Source of the DNA: Eledone cirrhosa
Lineage: Eukaryota
Assembly: GCA_964016885.1 (NCBI GenBank)
Contig: OZ024742.1
Location: 102,238,001-102,302,000, forward strand
DNA length: 64,000 bases
Direction of reading: 5' to 3'
Each line of letters starts with the position of its first letter. Position 1 is the stretch's first letter. This document shows, one piece after another, positions 24,831-38,900 of the stretch. The position numbers were made by a program, and so were the translations under genes. The notes beneath the pieces are model-generated. The model was not told the origin of the DNA. It worked only from the letters and a program-made list of their open reading frames with translations, and did no database searches.

Positions 24831-24869
24831 CAGTGTTGAACAGGGCATATACAACGACATTGTTGCTGG

Positions 24870-25458
24870 ACGATGGGTGTTCCAGTTGTTTTACTAACGG
24901 AACAGCCTGCTCGTGAAATAACATGCAGGTGGGTGAGTATTCAACAGACACATACACCTTTGATGTAATTCTCAGGGAGATTCAGCGTGACAGTGTGTAC
25001 AAAATTACAAGCACAACTTGTTTTGTTAGCTGAATGGATTGGAGCAACAAAAAATAAAATGTCTTGTTCAAGGACATAACGTACCGCCATAAATTGAACA
25101 CACAGCCTTACGGTCAGGAGCCAATCAACCTAACTATTAAGACATGCAACGATATTGTTGGAACTCCGACGATTCCAACGACGCGTATTCCAGTTGAAAT
25201 TAATGTTCAAATGGCTGAGCATTTCACAGACACGTGTACTCTTAACGTAGTTCAATTCTCAGAGATATCTAGTGAAGGACAGGGTGCGACAAGGCTGGCC
25301 TTTTCAAATACAGGGACAACTAATATTTGCCAACTAAGTGAATTGGAACAAGTGAAATAAAGTAACTTGCTCAAGGACACAAAATATTGCCAGGAATTGA
25401 AATCATGACTTTACGATCATAAGTCGACCAGCCTAACTACTAAGCCACGGCCCTTCAC
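24870..25458 (-). mobile_element. Two tandem CORE-like family B SINEs
   Basis: GAGCAAC..AAATAAA..CTTG(T/C)TCAAGGACA motif at ~25040 and ~25345. Confidence 0.75.
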
Positions 25459-25472
25459 AAACAACGACATAA

Positions 25473-25542
<70 letters not shown>

Positions 25543-25900
25543 CCCCACTACCATTTAATTTCTCTAACTTTGTTTATCACCCTTCACCTTCCACATATCG
25601 TTTAATTATAATCCGTCCCTAAGCTTCCATAATTTATGCACGAATCTTCTCAGTCACGTGTTGATTATTCATTTTCTATGTTTATAAAGTTTGCAATAAA
25701 ACACAATTAAATAATGAAAGTGGAGGGGGGTTGGAGCGTCAGACTTTAGTCTGCCGTCTAGACAGTATTTCAACTGTGTCTCACGGACAAAATCACGAAT
25801 GTATTGCCAGTGGTACCCGCTGCATCAACCACTCCACCTCACTAGAATCATTCCTAAGTTTTCGCAGGAAAACTTGAGTTTGGGAACCGAGGAAACCAGA

Positions 25901-26353
25901 GGTCTCGATAGCGACGGCACAAGAAGGAACCAGTTGGTCAAATTCCGGTATTTAGATAACTGCCGGTCTCGATAGCGACGGCACAAGAAGGAACCAGTTG
26001 GTCAAATTCCGGTATTTAGATAACTGCCGGTCTCGATAGCGACGGCACAAGAAGGAACCAGTTGGTCAAATCCCGGTATTTAAATAACTTCCGGTCTCGA
26101 TAGCGACGGCACAAGAAGGAACCAGTTGGTCAAATCCCGGTATTTAAATAACTTCCGGTCTCGATAGCGACGGCACAAGAAGGAACCAGTTGGTCAAATC
26201 CCGGTATTTAAATAACTTCCGGTCTCGATAGCGACGGCACAAGAAGGAACCAGTTGGTCAAATCCCGGTATTTAGATAACTGCCGGTCTCGATAGCGACG
26301 GCACAAGAAGGAACCAGTTGGTCAAATCCCGGTATTTAAATAACTTCCGGTCT
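25901..26353. repeat. 64-bp minisatellite, 7 copies
   Basis: GGTCTCGATAGCGACGG begins at 25901, 25965, 26029, 26093, 26157, 26221 and 26285. Confidence 0.97.
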
Positions 26354-26484
26354 TGTATTGTTTCACATAAACTTTCAATTGTGGTGACTGTGACTCCTTC
26401 ATCGTTAACTGACTTTTTAATCAGATGTACGGTGGCGTCTCACAAGATTAGAATATTATGTAAAAATCTTATTCATTAATAGTT

Positions 26485-26665
26485 GTAGGTGCAGGCATGG
26501 CTGTGTAGTTAAGAGGTTCTCTTCGCAGCCGTGTGATTCTAGGTTCAATTCCGCAACCTGATACCTTGGGCAAGTGCCTGCCTCCTACTTGGGTTGACGG
26601 ATGCTTCATAAGTAGAATAGTAGAATAGTAGAATTTGGTAAACAGAAACTGCAGAAGCCTGTCAT
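26485..26665 (+). mobile_element. CORE-like SINE
   Basis: TGGCTGTGTAGTTAAG..GGTTCAATTCC..ACCTTGGGCAAGTG. Confidence 0.7.
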
Positions 26666-26722
26666 ATATATATATATACTTCGTTTTTGAATTTGTTTTG
26701 CAAGCATGACCCTCCCACAGTT

Positions 26723-26789
<67 letters not shown>

Positions 26790-26881
26790 CGAGGTTATAG
26801 GAAATATATTCACTATATTCTCGGTTGCTACCATTACTCACTCAATAAGACAGGGTTTGAACGTATACCCGTGCAAAGCTG

Positions 26882-26931
<50 letters not shown>

Positions 26932-26989
26932 ACTTGTATCTCGTAACTTAGTGGTTCGACAAAAAAGAGATCGAAGAGGAAAAAAAAAA

Positions 26990-27693
26990 AAGGAGTCGAT
27001 TTCTTTTAAAATGGGAAGGTGGATAGGGAGGGGGCAATTTAACAATTCCTTTGACTGGTATTTCATTTACCCCCAAAAGGCCAAACGGCAAAGTTGACCT
27101 CGGTGGGTTTTGAAATTAGGGAGATGGAACAAATCCCGAAGCCTTTATGCTAACGCTCTTCTGATTCTGCCAATACGCCGACTACACATTAAAACGTCAT
27201 TAATTTGATTTCTTTCTTTTTTGTTTGCATCATACCTGTATCATTAAGTAACATCACATTGTGAGAGGTTTACTAAATTTGTTGGTTTCTAATTTAGGCA
27301 CAAGGCCAGCAAATGTGGGTACAGTGCGACATTGATTAAATCCACCCCAGTACTTCCTTGACACGTTATTTTATGACCCCGGCAGAACGAAAATCAAAGT
27401 TGACTTTGGCGGGATTTAAATTCACAATATAAAGAACCAGAACAACTACCACAATAGCATTTTACCTGACGCTCTACCAATTATGCCAATTCACCCTCCT
27501 AGATTAACTAAATTTATTTAATGCTCGAGATGTGCGACAGCGAGTTTCTGGATTTTTCGATCATTTAGTCATGTCTAACACCTTCATTGATCCCCGTATC
27601 ACTTTAAAATAGGCTTCCACGCCAGTATCGCCATATCATGACACTGTATATCACTGTTTAGTTCAGAGATGGATTTTTATGAATGTATGTAGA

Positions 27694-27749
<56 letters not shown>

Positions 27750-29160
27750 TTATTTATATATATGTGTGTGTGAAAAATTGCCAATAGCAGAAAGCCCTTT
27801 TAAATTTGACGAGGGTTTAATGAACAGAATTGCCTAACCGAAGAAGCAGGTTTATTTAGCCAACGGCAAAACAGTCCAATCTTGAAATCAAAGGTTTAGT
27901 ACATTAGCAGCATTGTTCTTTTTTGAAAGAAATTTCCACAACGTTTCTCATCAAAGTAAAAATCTTACAAAATCTGCAGCATGAGTAATTTTTATTATTT
28001 ATATTCATATTTATTTCTATATCATGTATTTTGTGATATAAAAAGCGACAAATGGCCAGAAACGGTAGACAGTCGGATCGAATACATTGCTGTATTTGTT
28101 CCGGCTCTCGAAAATCTGAGTTCAAATCTGAACCTAGATCAACTTTCCGGTTCACCTTTTCGGGGTCGATAAATAATGTATCTGTCCATGGCGGTGGGCT
28201 GTTAGACTGGTGGTGGACTGGTGGACTGGTGGAATTGTCAGTATGCCAGGTGTGATAACTTTTGGTATCTGATCCGGTTTTGGTCGTTCTGTGTACAAAT
28301 CTACTTCCTGTAGCCAATAAAAAAAATTTACATAAGGTTGCAGTTTCTATCATTAAAACACCAAGAAACTTCCTATAAGATTCAACCCCAGAGACTGGTG
28401 AAAAGTGTGTAGGTATGAGTCGTAACAATAATATATATTTTGTTAACAATAGAATTATTGTTTATAGGTTTGCATCAGACCAACTACGATTTCATTGAAT
28501 TTCTGATGAGAGCCAAGTAAATGTCTATGGAATTCCGGTGGAATAAACACCAGGATGTATTTTTGTTCGAACGTATTGTCTTATCGGTTTGCTCGCTGAT
28601 GTGACGGCAAAAAATATACACAGACAAATACATAGGATGTATTTATGTATTTTACCTCTACCACATACCTGTGAACGCTGCATGACAGGATGATTGATAA
28701 GTTCGTTTCGCACTCATTAGGTCCTTTCTTCCATCATCAGCATATTATAACTAACTTCCATTACTAGCAGAACATTACTACCATAAATAGCTTACCAACA
28801 ATAAACCTACCGATACTAACTTACACCACCAACACTAAGCTACCATTGTATATATGTATGGGCCTGTAACTCCTGATAGAGTTGTAGGAGCGCCGTATTG
28901 ACATACGGCGTTTCTTGGGCATTTTAAGCCCATCCCTCTCCAGGCCTAAATACAGCAGATTTCTTCCAGAAAAAGATAGACAATGAGAGGGGGGGGTGCA
29001 GAAGAAGAATCGACCCCTGTCCTAGACTGGTACTTTTTTATTGAACTCGAAAGGATGAAAGGCAAAGTTGACTTTGGCGAGATTTGAACTAAGAGAGCTG
29101 CAATGAATATCATAAAGCATTCTATCTGACGTTCTGACAACTCTGCCAATTCGTCGCTTT
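26990..29160. mobile_element. Scattered family A SINEs (~26990-27180 -, 27285-27500 -, 28045-28180 +, 29000-29160 -)
   Basis: Core GGCAAAGTTGAC..GGATTTGAACT motifs. Confidence 0.75.
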
Positions 29161-29164
29161 AACC

Positions 29165-31620
29165 TACCATGAGTAACTTATATCACCAACACTAAGCTAC
29201 CATTACTAACTTATATCACCAACACTAAGCTACCATGAGTAACTTATATCACCAACACTAAGCTACCATGAGTAACTTATATCACCAACACTAAGCTACC
29301 ATGAGTAACTTACATCACCAACACTAAGCTACCATTACTAACTTATATCACCAACACTAAGCTACCATTACTAACTTATATCACCAACACTAAGCTACCA
29401 TGAGTAACTTATATCACCAACACTAAGCTACCATTAGTAACTTATATCACCAACACTAAGCTACCATTACTAACTTATATCACCAACACTAAGCTACCAT
29501 GAGTAACTTATATCACCAACACTAAGCTACCATTAGTAACTTACATCACCAACACTAAGCTACCATTAGTAACTTACATCACCAACACTAAGCTACCATG
29601 AGTAACTTATATCACCAACACTAAGCTACCATTACTAACTTATATCACCAACACTAAGCTACCATTACTAACTTATATCACCAACACTAAGCTACCATTA
29701 GTAACTTACATCACCAACACTAAGCTACCATGAGTAACTTATATCACCAACACTAAGCTACCATTACTAACTTATATCACCAACACTAAGCTACCATTAG
29801 TAACTTATATCACCAACACTAAGCTACCATTACTAACTTACATCACCAACACTAAGCTACCGATACTAACTTATATCACCAACACTAAGCTACCATGAGT
29901 AACTTATATCACCAACACTAAGCTACCATTAGTAACTTATATCACCAACACTAAGCTACCATGAGTAACTTATATCACCAACACTAAGCTACCATTAGTA
30001 ACTTATATCACCAACACTAAGCTACCATTAGTAACTTATATCACCAACACTAAGCTACCATTACTAACTTATATCACCAACACTAAGCTACCATTAGTAA
30101 CTTATATCACCAACACTAAGCTACCATGAGTAACTTATATCACCAACACTAAGCTACCATTAGTAACTTATATCACCAACACTAAGCTACCATTACTAAC
30201 TTACATCACCAACACTAAGCTACCGATACTAACTTATATCACCAACACTAAGCTACCATGAGTAACTTATATCACCAACACTAAGCTACCATTAGTAACT
30301 TATATCACCAACACTAAGCTACCATGAGTAACTTATATCACCAACACTAAGCTACCATGAGTAACTTATATCACCAACACTAAGCTACCATTAGTAACTT
30401 ATATCACCAACACTAAGCTACCATTACTAACTTACATCACCAACACTAAGCTACCGATACTAACTTATATCACCAACACTAAGCTACCATGAGTAACTTA
30501 CATCACCAACACTAAGCTACCATGAGTAACTTATATCACCAACACTAAGCTACCATTAGTAACTTACATCACCAACACTAAGCTACCGATACTAACTTAT
30601 ATCACCAACACTAAGCTACCATGAGTAACTTATATCACCAACACTAAGCTACCATTAGTAACTTATATCACCAACACTAAGCTACCATTAGTAACTTATA
30701 TCACCAACACTAAGCTACCATTACTAACTTATATCACCAACACTAAGCTACCATGAGTAACTTATATCACCAACACTAAGCTACCATTAGTAACTTACAT
30801 CACCAACACTAAGCTACCGATACTAACTTATATCACCAACACTAAGCTACCATGAGTAACTTACATCACCAACACTAAGCTACCATTAGTAACTTACATC
30901 ACCAACACTAAGCTACCATGAGTAACTTACATCACCAACACTAAGCTACCATTAGTAACTTATATCACCAACACTAAGCTACCATTAGTAACTTATATCA
31001 CCAACACTAAGCTACCATTAGTAACTTATATCACCAACACTAAGCTACCATTAGTAACTTATATCACCAACACTAAGCTACCGATACTAACTTACATCAC
31101 CAACACTAAGCTACCATTAGTAACTTATATCACCAACACTAAGCTACCATTAGTAACTTATATCACCAACACTAAGCTACCATGAGTAACTTATATCACC
31201 AACACTAAGCTACCATTAGTAACTTATATCACCAACACTAAGCTACCATGAGTAACTTATATCACCAACACTAAGCTACCGATACTAACTTATATCACCA
31301 ACACTAAGCTACCATGAGTAACTTATATCACCAACACTAAGCTACCATGAGTAACTTATATCACCAACACTAAGCTACCATTAGTAACTTACATCACCAA
31401 CACTAAGCTACCATGAGTAACTTATATCACCAACACTAAGCTACCGATACTAACTTACATCACCAACACTAAGCTACCGATACTAACTTACATCACCAAC
31501 ACTAAGCTACCGATACTAACTTACATCACCAACACTAAGCTACCGATACTAACTTACATCACCAACACTAAGCTACCGATACTAACTTACATCACCAACA
31601 CTAAGCTACCGATACTAACT
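29165..31620. repeat. 33-bp minisatellite, ~74 units
   Basis: (TACCATGAGTAACTTATATCACCAACACTAAGC)n with discrete variant units. Confidence 0.98.
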
Positions 31621-31843
31621 AGCTGCCATCTCTAGTTTGCCTGTTCTGATGACTGTCCTTAGATGATAACAAACAAACATTTGTTTTTCAATGTTGACAG
31701 AGTTTCTTTTATGAAGACGACCAGCTATATTCTATATTCTCTACTGACACATCCAATAAACACCATGATCTCTATAATGCTAATAAACGAGCTAGGATAC
31801 AGTCAACGGTCTGTTATCTAGGATTCCAGACTGTTGTGTGGCA

Positions 31844-31986
31844 TTATTGTCGCCAATGATTGCTTTCTTTGAAATATAATAATCCCTGAACAAAGTTCAG
31901 TAATCTTTGTAGAAACACCACAATTTCCAGGAGAGAACTGGCCACCAAATTTTGGGTTATCTGGGATCTGACAAAAGATGGGCATT
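31844..31986 (-). other. Candidate host terminal coding exon (unverified)
   Basis: Non-repetitive DNA after a TTATTTTGTTTCAG acceptor. One frame reads CPSFVRSQITQNLVASSLLEIVVFLQRLLNFVQGLLYFKESNHWRQ-stop. No homology recognised. Confidence 0.25.
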
Positions 31987-32051
31987 CTGAAACAAAATAA
32001 TTAGAATTTATTAGTCAAACCTGAAACAGAAGGATATCTACATACCAACAC

Positions 32052-32143
<92 letters not shown>

Positions 32144-32238
32144 TTATCTATCTATCTATACATATACACACACACACGCACATACACACACACATACACA
32201 TACATACACACACACACACATATATATATACACACATT

Positions 32239-32270
<32 letters not shown>

Positions 32271-32274
32271 TAAG

Positions 32275-32415
32275 GTCACTCACAAGTCATGGGTCAACCA
32301 CTGGCTATGGTAAATGACACTTCACCAGGATGCCACGAAGTGAGATCAAATTATGACCTCATGATTACGAACCCAACTCCTTAAGCATTCGGCTATGTTG
32401 TTCCTCTCTCTCTCA

Positions 32416-32487
<72 letters not shown>

Positions 32488-32669
32488 GAGAAAGAGAGAG
32501 AGAGAGAGGAGAAAGAGAGAGAATGAGCGATAGATAGATAGGAACAACATAGCCGAATGCTTAAGGAGTTGGGTTCGCAATCATGAGGTCATAATTTGAT
32601 CTCACTTCGTGGCATCCTGGTGAAGTGTCATTTACATAGCCAGTGGTTGACCCATGACTTGTGAGTGAC
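32275..32669. repeat. Foldback duplication of an old CORE-like SINE around (CT)n(TA)n(GA)n
   Basis: Arms 32275-32405 and 32540-32669 are near-identical reverse complements. Confidence 0.92.
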
Positions 32670-32796
32670 GTTGGTCAGACGGAAACTGTTTGGGAAAACC
32701 ATCGAATGGATCGTACCTGTAATTCATTGGATTGTACCTTAACATTCATTGTGTCACATTGTTAACCGAACACTCATCGTCAAATCCGATGGAGGT

Positions 32797-32842
<46 letters not shown>

Positions 32843-32844
32843 CA

Positions 32845-33349
32845 ATAATAATAAAATTGAAGACTAAAATCCAGAGAGGGCTCGATAAGGAAAATATATA
32901 TCAAATATATAAGAACCGAAGAGCAAATATTTATTAAAATAACAGATTAAAGTTTAAGCAAAGAATCGCTGCTTTCACCCTTAATGGGATCTTCTGAAAC
33001 TAACAAAGTCAATCTGTATCTTCGTTTTTTCGTTCATTGCCAGAGAACGTCTCTATGCACCACTTAGAGAACTTTAGTCTACGACCTCTTTTATACCATA
33101 AACGTGGTTCTGTCTTTGCGCGTAATTGTTTTTCACCGCTCCTATTAATGACCTATTATATTCGTTTTTTCCCGTTCTTTGCCAGCGAACGTCACCACGA
33201 ACCAAAGTATCGTCTTCCTGTCTTCCTCCGGTTGCAACGTTTTTTGAAATATCCAGTTCTGCGTTTACAGATTGACTTTGTTAGTTTCAGAAGATCCCGT
33301 TAAGGGTGAAAGCAGCGATTCTTTGCTTAAACTTTAATCTGTTATTTTA

Positions 33350-33356
<7 letters not shown>
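32845..33356. mobile_element. Inverted pLTR-like element in (TA)n
   Basis: 33268-33356 is the reverse complement of ~32928-33017, with a ~250-bp unique spacer. Confidence 0.8.
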
Positions 33357-33434
<78 letters not shown>

Positions 33435-35424
33435 CGTATGTTTATATATATATACGCCTACACGCGAAAGTGCACGCACACTCACATATATGTGTGTTTG
33501 TGTAAACTTGGGACTTAATATAATATGCAAGTGATTCAGCATTCCACTAACACTTGTACCCATAACATAATTCACAGGAAGATTCAGTGCTTGTTGAGTA
33601 ACTCAACAAGGGTTTGTTGAGTGATCAACAAATCTGTTTCTGGTAAAAAAAAATCTACCATTTTTACTAACATAAAAAAAAAGTATTTCAAAATTTGTAA
33701 ATAAAATGAAAAATGACTTTACATAAAGTGCTCCTTTTACATGAAAAGGATAATAGTTTTGTTACCATAATCCCTGTCAATGGTCTCACTAGTCTGGTTA
33801 GTGCATTCTCAATAATGAACCACTTCATTCCATTCCTAAGAACTTCTTATTCTCATCTTTGTAAATATTGTATCATACGTCTTTCTTTTATGCACCTTTT
33901 TTTATAGTTTAAAATTAAACACAGCCAGTGAAATAAATGGTGATAAAAAGGTTTGGGTCAACTTGAGGCGATGGTAAGTGACATTTACCCAAGATGTCAC
34001 TCGTGTGGATTGAACCTGGGACGGACCTAATAATTTCCAAACGAGCTTCTTAACCATTCAGCTACGCTGTGTCCATAACAAACTTCGAGAATTGAAGAGA
34101 GAAAGCAGTGTAAGTCCGTCGTTGAAGTGTCCAACAGAAGTGTTACTGTGTGTAACGGTATAGAGGTGTAGAGGGTGGTATATTTTCATACCTCTTATTC
34201 ACATCTGGTCATTAGACAGTAACTAATTTTATGATCTCTCTTACCCAACCAAACAAGGGTTCGGATTGGGAAGGGGCGCAGAGAAAAGGAGCTGGCTACA
34301 GTAACGGGATGGACAGGGGACAAAGAGAATCCTTACTATTGTTGCTATAGTAACCAGAAAGTTGCTGCTTGGACGGTCTGATCAATTAATCAATTGTTAA
34401 TTTATTAATTTAATCATCAGATAGAATCTGTGTTGTTATTCTTCTTGTTGTGGTCGCTTTTGGTGATGGTGACGATGGGGGTGATTATGGTGGTGGTAAT
34501 TGTGGTGGGTGATGGGATGAAGTGCAGGTAGAGTGATAATGACGGTGATGTTGGTATTGGTGATGGTGGTGTTGGTTGGTTGGTGGTGGTGGGAGTGGTG
34601 ATGATGTCGGTGGTATTAGCGGTGGCGTGTTGGTGGCGTTGATATCGGTGGTGTTGGTGATGGTGTTGGCGGGTGATGATATCGGCGGCAATGGTGGTAT
34701 TGGTTGTGATGGTGGTAGTTGGTGTTGGCGGTGGCCGTATTGGTAGTAGTGGTGGTGGTGGTGGTAATATTGGTGATGATGATTGTGGTGGTGTTATTGG
34801 TGATAGTGGATGAAATGGGATGCAGGTGGCGGAATATTAATGATGATGATGATGGTGGTGGTGGTGGTGTCGGTGAGGATGATGATGGTGATAATGATGA
34901 GGATGATAGTGATGATGATGGCGTTGACGGGCGGGGTGGAGACTATAAACATCGTCGTTGTTTAACCCTTGTTCAGTCCTGATCAAGCAGGTCTATGATC
35001 TAAGCGCTCCAGCCATGATCATCGCGTCCTGTCGGCTATTGTGTATTTAGGACTACATTATATAACTCCTCTCATGGGTTTTCAACACTTCGATGACGTC
35101 ATCGTAACCCTAATCTTAACCCAACGACTCCGAAAACGGCGGCGGGGAGGTGGACCCTCGGAGTTACAGAGGCACCTCTCGGCCGTTTAAATTTAAAGAA
35201 AAGCTCCCGTTGAGGATCGCTAAGAAATATATTTTTTTCTTAAGTTTTTTTCGTGTTTTCAACTAATTTGACCTCAGACATGCTCGCAATCGATTTTTCC
35301 CTGTCCCGAAAATGGAGTTGGTGATGGTGGTGTTTGTGGGGGTAGGGACCCTAGATCTGTGACAAAAGCGTTCCAGCCATGATCATCTCGTCCGTATTTA
35401 TGACTACTAACCCTAATTCTTAGT

Positions 35425-35461
<37 letters not shown>

Positions 35462-36069
35462 TCCGTAATTTGTACAATTGACACACTTGTACACACATTC
35501 ACACACAAATACCCCTATTCGCTCCTACATTGATTCCACCCCCACCACTACCAGCACCGCCACCGCCACTACCACCACCACCGCCGCCATCACCAGCACC
35601 ATCACCACCATCATCTCGTCCGGTTAGGACTACTAACCCTAACTCTTTCAGGAAATTGTCGTCGTTTGTGTTGATGTTGATGTCGCTGTTATTCTTTAGC
35701 CCCAGGTCAACCCTGATCGATCAGGCTTATAATCAAAAGTATTTCAACCGTAACCACCAATACTGTCTTTTAAAGAGTATGTCTCGGATTACATCATCGA
35801 AAGTTACCTTTCCTTATGAGATATGAGGGAGATTATACTGCGGTGTCTAGCACATCAGAGAAGCTCACCTATTGGCTGTCTTGTTGCTGTTTAACCCTAA
35901 GCTGGCTCTGATAAAGCAAAGTTCAAAGATATTCCAGCTGTGAACAATCTATTTAACAGTAACACACATGACAACACTATCTGTACTGGCTTATAGAAGA
36001 CGATAGCTTGTTGTTTAAGGAGGAGATTTAGCTGCTATTTCTAACAGGTCTAACTATGTAGAAGCTGCC

Positions 36070-37490
36070 TTTGTTGGTTCGTGTGGCGGCGGTAGTGATG
36101 GCGGTGGTGGCAGTGGTGTTGGTGTTGGTGAAGGTGGTGGTAGTGGTGGTCGTGGTAGTAGTGGCGGGCGGTGATGGTGGTGGTTGTAGTGGTGGTGGTG
36201 GTAGTTGCGGTGGCAGTGATGGTGGTAGTGGTGGTGGTAGTAGAGGTGGTAGTGGTGGTGGTTGTGGTGATAGTGGTAATGGTGGTAGTAATGGCGGTGA
36301 TGTTGGAGGTAGTGGTGGTGGTAGTGGCGGTGATGGTGGTGGTAGTAGGGGTGATAGTGGTGGTAGTGGTGGAAGTGGTGGTGGTGATGGTGGTGGTAGT
36401 GGTGTTGGTAGTAGTGGCGGTGATGTTGGTGGTAGTAGTGGTGGTGATGGTGGTGGTAGTAGTGGCAGTGATGTTGGTGGTAGTGGTGGTGGTGATGGTG
36501 GTGGTAGTGGTGGTGGTAGTAGTGGCGGTGATGTTGGTGGTAGTGGTGGTGGTAGTAGAGGTGGTAGTGGTGGTGATGGTGGTGGTAGTGGTGGTGGTAG
36601 TAGTGGCGGTGATGTTGGTGGTAGTGGTAGTAGTGGAGGTGGTAGTGGTGGTGATGGTGGTGGTAGTAGTGGTGGTAGTGGTAGTGGTAGTGGTGGTAGT
36701 GGTGATGGCAGTGGTGGTAGTGGCGGTGATGGTGATGGTAGTGGTGGTGGTAGTGGTGGTGGCGATGTTGGTGGTAGTGGTGGTGGTAGTGGAGGTGGTA
36801 GTAGTGGTGATGGTGGTGGTAGTAGTGGTGGTAGTGGTAGTGGTAGTGGTGATGGCAGTGGTGGTAGTGGCGGTGATGGTGATGGTTGTGGTGGTGGTAG
36901 TGGTGGTGGCGATGTTGGTGGTAGTGGTGGTGGTAGTGGTGGTGGTAGTGGTGGTAGTGGTGGTGGTAGTGGTGGTGGTAGTGGTGGTGGTAGTGGTAGT
37001 GGTAGTGGTGATGGCAGTGGTGGTAGTGGCGGTGATGGTGATGGTAGTGGTGGTGGTAGTGGTGGTGGTGATGTTGGTGGTAGTGGTGGTGGTAGTGGTG
37101 GTGGTAGTGGTGGTGGTAGTAGTGGTGATGGTGGTGGTAGTAGTGGTGGTAGTGGTAGTGGTAGTGGTGATGGCAGTGGTGGTAGTGGCGGTGATGGTGA
37201 TGGTTGTGGTGGTGGTAGTGGTGGTGGCGATGTTGGTGGTAGTGGTGGTGGTAGTGGTGGTGGTAGTGGTGGTAGTGGTGGTAGTGGTGGTGGTAGTGGT
37301 GGTGGTAGTGGTGGTGGTAGTGGTAGTGGTAGTGGTAGTGGTGATGGCAGTGGTGGTAGTGGCGGTGATGGTGATGGTAGTGGTAGTGGTAGTGGTGGTG
37401 GTGATGTTGGTGGTAGTGGTGGTGGTAGTGGTGGTGGTAGTGGTGGTGGTAGTGGTGGTGGTAGTGGTAGTGGTAGTGGTAGTGGTAGTG
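36070..37490. repeat. Degenerate (GGT/AGT/GAT)n trinucleotide array with higher-order units
   Basis: Read directly. Confidence 0.95.
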
Positions 37491-37589
37491 ATAGTCATTA
37501 TAATGAAGTAGTTGGTATTGCCTTAGTTTTGATGGTAGCAATATTGTCTTTTGTTTGCTTATAAATGGTATACATGGTAGTGGTGGCCC

Positions 37590-37835
37590 TGGTGGTGGTG
37601 GTGGTAGTATTGGTGATAGTATTGGTGGTGAAGATAGGGGTAAAGGTGGTAGTGTTGGCACTGGTGGTGGTGGTAGTATTGGTGATAGTATTGGTGGTGA
37701 AGATAGGGGTAAAGGTGGTAGTGTTGGCACTGGTGGTGGTGGTAGTATTGGTGATAGTATTGGTGGTGAAGATAGGGGTAAAGGTGGTAGTGTTGGCACT
37801 GGTGGTGGTGGTAGTATTGGTGATAGTATTGGCAG
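37590..37835. repeat. 69-bp minisatellite, ~3.5 copies
   Basis: GGTGGTGGTGGTAGTATTGGTGATAGTATTGGTGGTGAAGATAGGGGTAAAGGTGGTAGTGTTGGCACT. Confidence 0.92.
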
Positions 37836-37901
37836 TGGATTAGGGTAAAAGTGATAGTGCTGATACCAGCATCAGAAATTTAGCATCAGTAAACGATGCA
37901 A

Positions 37902-37943
<42 letters not shown>

Positions 37944-38071
37944 CAGCAGTAGTAGTAGCAGCAGCAGAAGTAGTAGTAGTAGTAGTATCCGTAATTCGTA
38001 CAATTGACAAACCCACACGTGTACACACTTTCACACACAAATACCCCTATTCGCTCCCACATTGATTCCGC

Positions 38072-38890
38072 CCTACCACCACCACCACCACCACTAGCAC
38101 CGACATCACCATCACCATCACCACCACCACCACCACCACACCATCACCACCACCACCACCACCACCATCACCACCACTACCACCACCACATCCACAACCA
38201 CAACCATCAACAACCATCACCACCACCACCACTACCACCACCACCACCGCCACCACCACCACCACCGCCACCACCGCCACCACCACTACCACCACAGCCG
38301 CAACCACAACCACAACCCCCACCACCACCACCACCTCCACCAAAACCACCACAACCACCACCACCACCACCACCACCACCACCACCACAACCACAACCAC
38401 CACCACCACTACCACCACCACCTCCACCACCACTACCACCACAGCCATAACCACAACCACAACCACAACCACAACCACCACCACCACCACCACCATCACC
38501 ACCACCACCACCACAATCACCACCACCACCACAATCACCACCACCACAACCACCACAGCCACAACCACAACCACCACCACCACAACCACCACCACCACCA
38601 CCACTACCACCACAGCCACAACCACCACCACCACCACCACCACAACCACCACCACCACTACCACCACAGCCACAACCGCCACCACCACCACCACCACCAC
38701 CACCACCACCACCACCACAACCACCACCACCACTACCACCACAGCCACAACCACAACCACCACCACCACCACAACCACCACCAGCACCACCAGCACCACC
38801 ACCACCACTACCACCACAGCCACAACCACCACCACCACCACCACCACCACCACCACCACCACCACCACCACCACCACCACCACCACCACA
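38072..38890. repeat. (CCA)n-rich trinucleotide array
   Basis: Read directly. Confidence 0.95.
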
Positions 38891-38900
38891 CACTGTTTAC

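Noticed and set aside
28495-28745. CTGATGA motifs at ~28503 (+) and ~28734 (-)
   Set aside because: GAAA, helix III or stem I do not match convincingly; at best heavily decayed.
25901-31620. CRISPR-like appearance of the 64-bp and 33-bp arrays
   Set aside because: No unique spacers, no cas genes, eukaryotic context.
36050-37799. Thr-, His-, Gly- and Val-rich long ORFs (mucin-like or structural-protein-like)
   Set aside because: Four frames are open simply because of triplet repeats. No signal peptide, domain or splice support was seen.
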